Of a stretch of 64,000 nucleotides of DNA, positions 51,277 through 60,239 are shown in pieces. Each line of letters opens with the position of its first letter. The first letter of the stretch is position 1. Position numbers and translations under genes: made by a program. The notes beneath the pieces are model-generated. The model was not told the DNA's origin and searched no databases. It saw only the letters and a list, made by a program, of their open reading frames with translations. The DNA comes from Candidatus Bathyarchaeota archaeon (GTDB lineage: Archaea; Thermoproteota; Bathyarchaeia; Bathyarchaeales; Bathycorpusculaceae): contig CAWAKC010000001.1 of assembly GCA_963782525.1 (NCBI GenBank), positions 256,001-320,000 on the forward strand, in the 5' to 3' direction.

Positions 51277-51816
51277 ATGAATATCCTAAACCTACACACA
51301 TTGACTGAGAAGAAGAAAGAAAGCTTAGTCACAGCCCTCTGGGTAGGCGCCGTATTCATTATTTTAGCTTTAGTGTACTACATCAATCTGTCCGCTAACC
51401 TTTGGGATGGCTTAGTCAACTTTTTCACCTCGCTCACCCTTGCGCCTCTGCCCAGCACGGGAATTTCGCTGCCTGCACCATTAAACCCATCTGGTTACGT
51501 GAACCTCTACACTGCAGCTTTCCAGTTCTGCTTAGGAGTAGGAGTTTTAGAAGTAGTGATCTTGGCGCTAAGAGTCGGAATGCATTCACCTGTATCACGT
51601 AAAGCAGAAACCATCGAGAACATCGTGTTTTGGCTTGGAACAAGCTTCCTAACAGTCACTTACCTAGAAAGGATAACGTTAGCTACTGAGTGGTTTGTTT
51701 TCTGGGCTGGAATAATCTTCATTTTCGGGTTAGCTTTGCTTGCGCGAGCGATAGTTGTGTTAGCCACACAAGTAACTATTTTTTCTTTATTTTCAAGGTC
51801 CACCAAAGACCCATAA
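51277..51816 (+). CDS. Hypothetical membrane protein (paralog of 9475-9984)
   Basis: Shares LPAP, VILALR, VFWLG and WFxFW; start uncertain (ORF track 51205); 3' end overlaps the GT2 gene. Confidence 0.62.
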   Translation: MNILNLHTLTEKKKESLVTALWVGAVFIILALVYYINLSANLWDGLVNFFTSLTLAPLPSTGISLPAPLNPSGYVNLYTAAFQFCLGVGVLEVVILALRVGMHSPVSRKAETIENIVFWLGTSFLTVTYLERITLATEWFVFWAGIIFIFGLALLARAIVVLATQVTIFSLFSRSTKDP

Positions 51817-52549
51817 TTTGCCAAAACATACTCCAAGAATCCTTGAATATGTTAACTTTGGTTCCCCTGCCGCTTTTCCATTCGACAGGAATCTCCTTGA
51901 TCTTGAAGCCATGTCTGTAGGCTCTCACCATGACTTCTGTATCCCAAAACCAATGGGTAGCTTGCACTTCATCGAGCAGTTGCATGAGTGGTTCATGCTT
52001 GAAGGCTTTAAACCCGCATTGGTGGTCCCGAAGCTTCGAGCCAAGCACATGTCGAACCAAAAAATTGTACGTTTTGGAGCTTATGCTTCTACCTATTGTG
52101 CGTTCTGCCTTGCTTTCAGCCATCATCCTAGATCCAGTTGAAAAATCATAGCCTTCCAACGAGATGGCTTCAACGAGGGGTTTAAGATACCTAAGGTCAG
52201 TGGCTAAATCTAAATCCATGTAAACCAAAACTTCGCCACGACTTTGCTTGAACGCATTGTTGAGTGCGGTTCCTCTTCCCAAGCGCTGTTCACGGTGAAT
52301 ATGCCTAACACCAGGAATCTGTTGAGATAGTTCCTTTGCGCGCTCGGCGGTGCCGTCAGTGCTGCCGTCTTCAGCAACTATAACCTCGTAGGATTTTGTG
52401 AATTGGTTGAGGGTTTGGATGGTTTTTTCCACGGCTGGCTGCAGATAGTCAACTTCATTGTAGGCAGGCAGAACCACCGAGATCCCTACTACATTGTCGG
52501 TGGGCTTGAAGTTTGCGGTTAAGCAAAGTCCCCCCAACTTGGGAACCAC
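51776..52549 (-). CDS. GT2 polyprenyl-phosphate hexose synthase (DPM1/AglD-like)
   Basis: SVVLPAYNE, EDGSTDGT, G.G.A, YMDLD, GSR, D.QCGFK, FWDTE, EIPVEW; start uncertain. Confidence 0.88.
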   Translation of the reverse strand: MVPKLGGLCLTANFKPTDNVVGISVVLPAYNEVDYLQPAVEKTIQTLNQFTKSYEVIVAEDGSTDGTAERAKELSQQIPGVRHIHREQRLGRGTALNNAFKQSRGEVLVYMDLDLATDLRYLKPLVEAISLEGYDFSTGSRMMAESKAERTIGRSISSKTYNFLVRHVLGSKLRDHQCGFKAFKHEPLMQLLDEVQATHWFWDTEVMVRAYRHGFKIKEIPVEWKSGRGTKVNIFKDSWSMFWQIMGLWWTLKIKKK

Positions 52550-54384
52550 TTAAGATAAGTATGGATAAACGAAGAAGAAACGGGTGCCCCAGAAATCACC
52601 GGATAAAACAACGCAAACAGCGCCACTGTACCCGCAAATATGGCTATGGCAGCGATTTTTCCTTCACGGGTGTGCCAATATTTGTTGATGAAGTATGTTG
52701 TTGCTAAGCATAGCAGGGGCACGCTGAGGTAGAAATGGTAGATGTAAGTTGCTCTGCCAATGAAGATGTAGGGAAGCCAACTGAAGAAGAATACGACGGT
52801 TATGTATATTGCTGGTATATCCCAGCCCTGGGCGCGGATGCTGATTTGTTTTCGTGTGGATGAGTTTGATATTCGGCTCCGCAAGTTTGCCACCAACTGT
52901 CGTCCATGGATAGCTCTCTCTGTGAGGACAAGCATGAGGGCGAAGCCGAGCCACCAAACCAATGGATTGCCGAAAACTGTGATGGTGGAAAGGGTATTGT
53001 TGGGTAGACCGTATGATACATCGAACCATCTCGGAACGTTAACACCATCTAGCCTAAACATAAATGGCCAACTCCACCAAGGCGCCGAAGAGGGGTCAAC
53101 AACGGTGCCTGAATGGAAAGACAACATGGCACCCTGCAGTTTGAGAATCGTTAGGAAGGAATCACCTGCAAGCATGTCAGGTAAGTAGGTTGCAAAATAG
53201 ATTGCAACGGCTATTCCAAAAAATGCTAACAGCAACATTGCTGGGTGTTCAAAGAAAGCCAGGTACTTGCCGCCCAAGCTCTTTTTGAGTCTGGATAAAT
53301 CTTTTATTCTCACTGCAACCAACAACGCCAGCAGCCCAGCGGCGCCCAAGAGCGTAAACCATTTTGTTGAGAAACCCAACGCAAAGAAAACCACTGCCAA
53401 AAACAACGGCCACACAGACGTCTTCTTGAACCCGTCTTTAACGACGTTCATGAAGTAAATTAAAAAGAACAATTGAGAAACCAACGAGAAAAACACTACG
53501 TACGTGTCGACGGTGCCGATGCGTGACATCGTGAAATGCATAAAGTCAAATGAAAACAGGAAAGCTGCAGAGAACCCAGCAATCCAAGTTCCAAACAACC
53601 TCTTGCCCAACAGATACATTAGAGGAACCATCAAAGTTGCGAAAAGCACACCCATTATACGCCAGCCAAACGGTGTAGCACCGAAAAGCGCCACGCCAGA
53701 GGCTTCAACGAGTTTTCCAAGCGGCGGATGGGTTCTCTCATCAGGTATCTGATGGTTGACGTAGTTTTCTGCTGACCTTGCAAAGTAGACTTCGTCAAAG
53801 TACATCTTTGACATATAGGTTGGGGGGATTTCGAGTTTATTCTGTTCATCAACCAAGTTGGCTAAAGTTGTATCAGTCGTGTTTACGCCAGTAATTTCAG
53901 TGATAAGAATTTGTTGGCTGCTTTGGCTTTCCACTCCGATTTCAGCCACTTGAATAAACGGTGTAGCGGGTTGGTCGGAAGGGTTGGTTACGCCCCAGTT
54001 CGAGAACATAGGCTGAGAATCATAGTTTACCGCTGTTACATTGAACTCTAAATACTGTGTATTCACGTTCGCAGAAAAGGTTTGGTAGACTGAGTAGTCG
54101 GTGCCTCTGGGTTGAAGAGCAAATTGACCTAGGTAACTCCAGTTGCCAGGGTCTCCCGAGTAAACATTGACGCTTGCGTTGCCGCTGTGAACCCAGAAAT
54201 ATACGTTTTGAACGGGTTGAGTTGACCCCAAGTTGATGTAGAAACTCTCTTGCTGAGTGCTCTGCCAACTCGTAGTTGGATACTGAATATCACCCACGTT
54301 CCAAGCGGCTATGCCAAAGAAGACTATCGATAGCAAAACAATGGTTATGACGTCTTTTTTGGTTATGTTAAATCCAAGATTTAT
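52519..54384 (-). CDS. Protein O-mannosyltransferase-like (GT39/PMT)
   Basis: YFDEVYF, THPPLGK, FGWR, STKW, PWWSWP, GNP..WW, R..YIYHF; frame continues upstream of TTG 54336 to ATA 54384. Confidence 0.85.
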   Translation of the reverse strand: MNLGFNITKKDVITIVLLSIVFFGIAAWNVGDIQYPTTSWQSTQQESFYINLGSTQPVQNVYFWVHSGNASVNVYSGDPGNWSYLGQFALQPRGTDYSVYQTFSANVNTQYLEFNVTAVNYDSQPMFSNWGVTNPSDQPATPFIQVAEIGVESQSSQQILITEITGVNTTDTTLANLVDEQNKLEIPPTYMSKMYFDEVYFARSAENYVNHQIPDERTHPPLGKLVEASGVALFGATPFGWRIMGVLFATLMVPLMYLLGKRLFGTWIAGFSAAFLFSFDFMHFTMSRIGTVDTYVVFFSLVSQLFFLIYFMNVVKDGFKKTSVWPLFLAVVFFALGFSTKWFTLLGAAGLLALLVAVRIKDLSRLKKSLGGKYLAFFEHPAMLLLAFFGIAVAIYFATYLPDMLAGDSFLTILKLQGAMLSFHSGTVVDPSSAPWWSWPFMFRLDGVNVPRWFDVSYGLPNNTLSTITVFGNPLVWWLGFALMLVLTERAIHGRQLVANLRSRISNSSTRKQISIRAQGWDIPAIYITVVFFFSWLPYIFIGRATYIYHFYLSVPLLCLATTYFINKYWHTREGKIAAIAIFAGTVALFALFYPVISGAPVSSSFIHTYLKWFPSWGDFA

Positions 54385-55625
54385 TTGGGTTCACCTGTCT
54401 GTCGGGTTTGGGTCAACTCAGGAGTTTTTGTTAGCGGGTATCTTCCTTTAAGCTCATCCCACAGGAGTACTGAGCCATAAATGAACATGACTAAATTAAT
54501 AATGCTTACCGCTAGAACCACCAAATCCCCGCTTGGAATAAATGCACCAAGATTTAGGTAGTAGAGTACGTATGCTTGGTTAACCAGCAAGGTCCCAGTT
54601 AAAACCACGTAGAGAGGTCGGGCTTTCTTGATGAACGGGAACATCAAAGTGAGCATGCTTATGGCTGGAAACAGATACCGCTCATGAATCCGTGTAGGCA
54701 GCATAAAGAAAGCGAAGAAAAGCATGAAGGCAACAAAAACAGCAAGCCATTCATCTGAAACGTTAAATCGCTTATGCAAAACATAAATGGCGAATACAGC
54801 AAACCCTCCAAACAGTACCCAACCCAAAATGTTGAGACCGCCATCAGGCTGCCATAATCCAAATATTCCCCATAAATTGAAAGCGTTAATCGAAGTGTAC
54901 TGGTAGCCGCTGTATGCTCCAAAGTAAATTTTGCTTAGGAAAGTCATGGGGTTGGTCCATTCGAAGGGCAAGATTACCACAAACAATGTCGCAGCAAAAG
55001 CACCGACGGAAATTAGCAGGTTCTTTATGCCGTTCTTTCTGAAAATCAAGTAAATCAGCAGTGGCGCCAGTGCGATGCCTTGTGGCTTTGTTAATATGGC
55101 GAGGGCGAAGGCTACTGCGGAAAGTTTAGGCTTGCTTTTGAGCGCAAGCATGAGCGAGACAACTAAGAAGAAGGTGTAGATGGCGTCGTATTGTCCCCAG
55201 ACGGCGGTGTTGAAGATTACGGCTGGGTTGAAAGCGTAGAGCGCCGTTGATGTCAGCGCTAGCTTAAAGGTTGATTGTTTTCTAACAAAATAATAAATGA
55301 GACCTGCAGTGGCTAAATCGAAGATGTTGGGCACCCATTTGACGATGTTGGCTATACCGATGGCTGTCGCGTTTGCTATGGATCCAAAGAACCAGAAAAT
55401 GTAAACGTTGAACGGCGGATAATCTGCAAACGTTACAACCGAATAGAACGGTCTTATACCCTGCGAAGCAGCGGTGCCAAACCAAGAGATAAAATCGTTA
55501 GTGTCAATGGAGTATCCTTTAAGTGGAAAAAGGAGAACCCTAACTAACAGGGAAACAGCAAGCACTAATGCTAAAATAATGGTTTCGCGCTTGGCAAACG
55601 TGAAGTTAACCGCGTTTTCCCCCAG
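54381..55625 (-). CDS. GT-C polyprenyl-phosphate-sugar-dependent glycosyltransferase (GT87/PIG-M-like)
   Basis: D...F..W, DYPP, FNPA.IFN.AVWGQYD, TKPQ, NAFNLW, HERY; frame continues upstream of GTG 55565 to CTG 55625. Confidence 0.8.
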   Translation of the reverse strand: MGENAVNFTFAKRETIILALVLAVSLLVRVLLFPLKGYSIDTNDFISWFGTAASQGIRPFYSVVTFADYPPFNVYIFWFFGSIANATAIGIANIVKWVPNIFDLATAGLIYYFVRKQSTFKLALTSTALYAFNPAVIFNTAVWGQYDAIYTFFLVVSLMLALKSKPKLSAVAFALAILTKPQGIALAPLLIYLIFRKNGIKNLLISVGAFAATLFVVILPFEWTNPMTFLSKIYFGAYSGYQYTSINAFNLWGIFGLWQPDGGLNILGWVLFGGFAVFAIYVLHKRFNVSDEWLAVFVAFMLFFAFFMLPTRIHERYLFPAISMLTLMFPFIKKARPLYVVLTGTLLVNQAYVLYYLNLGAFIPSGDLVVLAVSIINLVMFIYGSVLLWDELKGRYPLTKTPELTQTRQTGEPK

Positions 55626-55660
55626 TTAAAAAAACAGTTGTTACTCAATGCATAAGAAGC

Positions 55661-55685
55661 TTTTTCCAAAAACCTTTTGGAAAAA
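55661..55685. promoter_or_regulatory. Perfect 11-bp inverted repeat upstream of the GT-C/PMT/GT2 operon
   Basis: TTTTTCCAAAA-ACC-TTTTGGAAAAA. Confidence 0.45.
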
Positions 55686-55873
55686 TGAAACATTTGAAAA
55701 TAGTGAACTAAAATAAAAAAAAGGGTTTGAGTAGCAATGTAACCTTAAGGTCCTAATGCTTAACCTGTGTGCCGCAGTTGGGGTAATAGTTTGGCTGAGA
55801 TGCCTGAGTTAACGGTTGAAGCTAAGGGTTTTCTTAAAGAAGTAATTCGATGCTAAATTACCCGCGCCTCTTC

Positions 55874-58090
55874 CTAATATTTTGTGTTGGAAAGTTTGAA
55901 GTTAGCGGAGCTGAAGGGTTTGAGTTTATTCGATTTGGAACGTCGGCGCTTTAGCAACAGTAACCCTATAACGAGGACCATTACAATGACAACGACTACA
56001 ACGAGAATTAAAGTGGTTGATGAGCTGTCACCACTAGATGCTCCACCACTTTGGGCGGTAAGAGCCAACGCCATGGTTGTTGATGATCCTTTGTAGTTGA
56101 TGGGTGTGCTCAATCCTTCGTATCCATCTCGTGTTATGTTGAAAGAGTATTGTCCGATAGTCACATTCGTGAAAATAATGTAGCCTGTTGAGTTAGTTAC
56201 TCCTGAGAGTGTTTTTGCTCCAGCCGGCTGAACCGTTGAAGAGATGGTTGCGTTGCTTAATGGGTTGCCGTCATAGTCTTCAATGCGCAACTGTATGATT
56301 CCTGTGCTATTGCTGGTTGTAGTTGAATTTGTCCTTGAGCTTGCAGTGGGAGTTGGAGTTGGAGTTGGGCTGGGTTTTGGCGTTGCCGTTGGGGCTGGAG
56401 TTGCTGGTGGAGGAGGTGAAACGGTTACTTGTGTGGTAGCTTGGGAAGTTATATATCCAGTTTTAACTGCGGTTGCTGTAACCGTGCAAGTAGTGGCTTG
56501 GGTAAAGCTTGGAGCGGTAAACGTTGTTTTGTAGTATCCGTTTCCCAAATCTGAGGCAGCTGTGAATGATCCACCGTTATCGGAAGCAAAAGTAAGGGTA
56601 GCACCTGCCACGTTGACGGAGTCAGCAGTTATGTAAACTACTACATCGGTTTTCTGCCCATTGTTAATACTTGTTGAATTGGCTATTGCAGATATTTGAA
56701 CAGGCAAGAAATCAATGGTGTAAGTCGTTAGGGTTCCTTGACCAGTCGTGTAACTTGATGCTATCGCTGTAATTGTAGTTGCTCCAGCCGTATTTGTTAC
56801 TGTGACGGTTCCAGTAGCTTGTGTTTGTCCGAAAGGAATGTTTAGAGTTGAATCAATAGTGCCCACTGTAGGAAGAGATGAAAACAAGTTTAAGATTACA
56901 TCTGCTTGTGGGTCTTTTGCAGGTCTTCCCTGCGAATCTTGAAGCTGCACCTGAACTGATTGATATGCACCTTTGTCAGAAGGCAGACTTGCTGGGCTGC
57001 AGTAAACTGCAAGTTTGGTTGGGGTAAAACCAGTCGTGGTTATTGTCTGTTGACTTCTTGACAGGTCAGTTGCCACTGCCGTTATAGTTGTGGATCCCGC
57101 TTTGTAGGTTGAATTTAACGTAGCCAAGGCATAAGTTTGATTCGCGGGAATTGTTAATTGTGAATCTATTTTGCCTACAGTTGGATCACTCGAGCCAAGA
57201 GAGACCAACACATCTGAATTGAAAGCTCCAACAAAACCTGTTGTTGAACTCTGCAATTCTACTGCAATTTGTTGATATGAGCTTTGATCTGCAGGAATTT
57301 GAATAGGGCCAGAAAAAATTTTCAGCTGATTTGGATTTGAAACTATCGGAGTTGTAGTCATTGTTACCTGCTGGGAGGTGTACCCTTGAGCGATAGTTGT
57401 TACAATAACCGACTTTGCTTTTCCTTCTGTCTGAGCCGCCGTAGTAGTGTTGAAGGTAGCGATTGCGTATGTTTTGCCTTCAGGAATCGTTACGTTGGGG
57501 CTAACTGTGCCGATTGATGTGTTTGTACAAGAAAGGCTTACTAAAATGCCTCCTTTAGGCGCTTTCGCTGGAACTCCATTAACATCTTGCATTTGAACCA
57601 TTATAGCATTGTAGGAGCCGCCATCGCCGGGCAGAGTTGATGGAAATCCATAGACAGCGACTGAACTAGGGATTGGTCCTACCGTGGATATTTGGGCTTG
57701 GACAGTTGCGTAGCCTGTAGCGGACGCTGAAATTGTGGATGAACCAGGCGAAAATGTTGAGAAAAAGTTTGCTGGGGCATATGTTGTGCCTTTAAGTATA
57801 GTTATTGATGAATCTACCGTTCCTATATTCGTGACTGAGGATGAGAGACTTATGGTTGTATCCTGCAGTGCCCGCGCAGGCTTATTGTTGGAATCTTGTA
57901 GTTGCACGATGATGCAGTTGTAAGTGTTGTTGTCTGCAAGGACGCTGCTTGGTCCGATGTAAATTTTAAGTTTTGCAGGGTCTGTTGTTGCTGCAAAGGT
58001 AGTGTTCAGGTTGACCGTTAAAAACGCGATTGCTATGACTACCAAAATCAGGATTGCCTGTGCGATTCTTTTCTGCAATATTTCCACCAT
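55874..58090 (-). CDS. Large Thr/Ser-rich surface protein with repeated Ig/invasin-like domains, Pro/Thr linker and C-terminal TM anchor
   Basis: Signal peptide; four repeats of P..L.AD...Y..I.VQLQD..G.PA...L.SS...G....I..G..YA; PPPPATPAPTATPKPSPTPTPT; TM followed by KRRR. Confidence 0.8.
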   Translation of the reverse strand: MVEILQKRIAQAILILVVIAIAFLTVNLNTTFAATTDPAKLKIYIGPSSVLADNNTYNCIIVQLQDSNNKPARALQDTTISLSSSVTNIGTVDSSITILKGTTYAPANFFSTFSPGSSTISASATGYATVQAQISTVGPIPSSVAVYGFPSTLPGDGGSYNAIMVQMQDVNGVPAKAPKGGILVSLSCTNTSIGTVSPNVTIPEGKTYAIATFNTTTAAQTEGKAKSVIVTTIAQGYTSQQVTMTTTPIVSNPNQLKIFSGPIQIPADQSSYQQIAVELQSSTTGFVGAFNSDVLVSLGSSDPTVGKIDSQLTIPANQTYALATLNSTYKAGSTTITAVATDLSRSQQTITTTGFTPTKLAVYCSPASLPSDKGAYQSVQVQLQDSQGRPAKDPQADVILNLFSSLPTVGTIDSTLNIPFGQTQATGTVTVTNTAGATTITAIASSYTTGQGTLTTYTIDFLPVQISAIANSTSINNGQKTDVVVYITADSVNVAGATLTFASDNGGSFTAASDLGNGYYKTTFTAPSFTQATTCTVTATAVKTGYITSQATTQVTVSPPPPATPAPTATPKPSPTPTPTPTASSRTNSTTTSNSTGIIQLRIEDYDGNPLSNATISSTVQPAGAKTLSGVTNSTGYIIFTNVTIGQYSFNITRDGYEGLSTPINYKGSSTTMALALTAQSGGASSGDSSSTTLILVVVVVIVMVLVIGLLLLKRRRSKSNKLKPFSSANFKLSNTKY

Positions 58091-58182
58091 TAAGCCTAGT
58101 TGATTCTCGTCTTTTCTGGGTTAAGTTAGGCTTTGCAAAAACCGATTTAAGTATATTGTGTATTAATACAATATACACTTAA

Positions 58183-58426
58183 GTGTTGAACTGGTCTACA
58201 AGTAACCAGCAAAAGTCAGGTGCAATAGGGGGCTTAAGTGGGCAAACAACCCAGAGTGGTAGTGGACAAGCAAGTTATACAATACATTCCTCAATAGTGT
58301 CAGCTTGCACCCAAAAACAGACTAGCTATGGCTACTTAACTGTTAGCATAATAAAGAATAACCCAAGTTGTTGAAACTCAAACCACATCAGCAGAATATG
58401 GTGTTGTAACAGTTTCTGGTAGTTAA
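58183..58426 (+). pseudogene. 5'-truncated, frameshifted remnant of a small secreted beta-rich protein
   Basis: SGAIGGLSGQTTQSGSG...QKQTSYGYLTVSIIKNN, then after removing one C near 58362, QVVETQTTSAEYGVVTVSGS*. Confidence 0.5.
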
Positions 58427-58511
58427 GGACCTAATTTTTTAAACCTTAAAAGTCTAGTTAAAGTGAAGCATCTTGAATTTTAAATATAAGCTAAGGTACC
58501 CAGGGCCCAAG

Positions 58512-58868
58512 GTCAAATACGAAAAAGTCTCCAACAGAGAGATTGAGACGTAAGACCTCTGACTTTGGCTGTTGGTTAACTGACATGAAATTAAAAACCA
58601 AAGAACAGCTTTCCGCTACTTTTTTATTTCATCAAATCATCAAAAGAGCAGGAAGAGAGAAAAGTAGAGTTAACTTGGGTACAAACATCAGAAAGAGAGA
58701 GATAAATGCCTGTGCCCAAGGTAACTCCTACTTATCACAATACTTGATTCTTGACAATAAATAATGATGTGATTGCACACATACAACAACATCAAGAGTC
58801 TAATGGAAAATGAACAAAAGAAGTCAAATACGAAAAAGTATCTTGAACGATATTGAGACGTGAGACCT
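58512..58868 (+). repeat. Two imperfect ~46-bp direct repeats 311 bp apart
   Basis: GTCAAATACGAAAAAGT...ATTGAGACGT.AGACCT at 58512-58558 and 58823-58868. Confidence 0.75.
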
Positions 58869-59039
58869 AAGAAACTATCACTTATTGAATATACAATTTC
58901 TATAAAGAAAGATACGAAGACGCGTAATACATCCAAAGCCTATCTGGCTGTTTATAGGATATTCAAATCTTAATCTAATTGGGTTGAAAGGCACATTTAG
59001 AGCATATAAAAAAATTAAGCGTATTTAGAGCATATTAGG

Positions 59040-59747
59040 TTAAAGTTTGCCAATTACTGATTCATGATCATCTACCTTTTCAAAATATCTTTCTTCTAAA
59101 GGCACGTAAGTCCTTGCATCAATCCGTATGGTTTTTGCACACTTGGGTCAATCATACTTCAGCGCTTTATCCTTTTGAACTAGATTGTTAATAACTTCAA
59201 TTTTAGGAAGATAAACCTCAAACACATACGGTAATTCAGTATTGCCACTACAGTGAGGACACGATATCTTTAAACTCAAAGTTTTTCCCTCCAGCCCTTT
59301 TGGAATTGACTTTCTAATTGGTAGGATAACATTAGCAATTGCAAGCTCAATTGAATTATAATTTTCCAAGAGCAAAATATCATCAGAGTCTTTGGTAACA
59401 AAGCCTTTTAAGTTTACATTCTTTTGACTGATTGGAATAATTATTGGTGTATCCTTGTTTGTGGAAAACTTAGCTTTCAAATTCCTTCTAATAGTCTTAA
59501 CTGCTAATGCGAAGCCTAACTCTTGATTAACAAATTGAGAGGACTTTCCTTTTTCTGTTAGCAACACAATCATAAAGGAACTATTAATGATTTCATTCTG
59601 AATGCGCAGCTTAAACCCTTCCTCGAAGCTAAGGTAGTTTTCCGCTTTGTATGGTCTAAACTGGACTATTCTTCCTAATGAATCATGAAGAAGTTGTGCT
59701 AAGTTATTGTCTTGTCCAGCGTAAGAGATGAAAATATTATAGTTCAA
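59040..59747 (-). CDS. TIR-domain protein with C-terminal zinc ribbon; in-frame TGA at 59148-59150
   Basis: IFISYA..D...A, I..S...IVLLT....SS.FVNQELGFA (catalytic Glu present); CPHC ... KYD[TGA]PKCAKTIRID...GKL*; AT-rich. Confidence 0.78.
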
Positions 59748-59897
59748 GTACCATCCCTTTGGTTATTTAGGTAAAACATTCTTTTCCCTTTATTCAGCTA
59801 TAACTTTTTTGTAGGATTAACGTTCCAGAATTAGTTTTTAGAGGAACCTTATATGCAGAGTTGACCAGTCTGGGGTCCTAACTTAGGATTGGTCAAA

Positions 59898-60131
59898 ATG
59901 AAAATCAAAGGTTATCGATTTGAATGTGAGGTCTGTAATAACTCTGTAGTATCCAGTATCCAAGTTTTCTTTAGAAAGAATGGAGAGGTATCCTATGCTA
60001 GGGCTAGGCATATTGGAGCGGATAAGAAGTTCTACTACCATCAACAAAGCCTAGAATATGTCAACAGAAAACTTGGAGAAATAGTCCATATTGACCATGG
60101 TCAAGCTGCTAATATCCAATACATTGGTTAA
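59898..60131 (+). CDS. Small CxxC protein ending next to the tRNA-Thr 3' end (possible mobile-element remnant)
   Basis: MKIKGYRFECEVC...SIQVF...YARARH...KFYYHQQSLEYV; stop is 31 nt from the tRNA CCA. Confidence 0.55.
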   Translation: MKIKGYRFECEVCNNSVVSSIQVFFRKNGEVSYARARHIGADKKFYYHQQSLEYVNRKLGEIVHIDHGQAANIQYIG

Positions 60132-60162
60132 ACTAAGGGAGAATTAAGTAAAGATATTAAAT

Positions 60163-60239
60163 TGGAGCCTTCGGCGGGATTTGGACCCGCGACCATTACC
60201 TTACCAAGGTAACGCCCCACCGGGCTAGGCTACGAAGGC
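60163..60239 (-). tRNA. tRNA-Thr(GGT)
   Basis: GCCTTCG/CGAAGGC acceptor stem plus TCCA; anticodon arm TTACC-TTGGTAA-GGTAA; T-loop reads TCCAAAT. Confidence 0.93.

Noticed and set aside
55753-55830. Minus-strand remnant reading ...QPNYYPNCGTQVKH*, like a broken zinc ribbon
   Set aside because: Too short, no start and first Cys missing; cannot be told from chance
58512-58868. Direct repeat considered as a CRISPR array
   Set aside because: Only two degenerate copies with ~265 bp between them; no cas genes in the window
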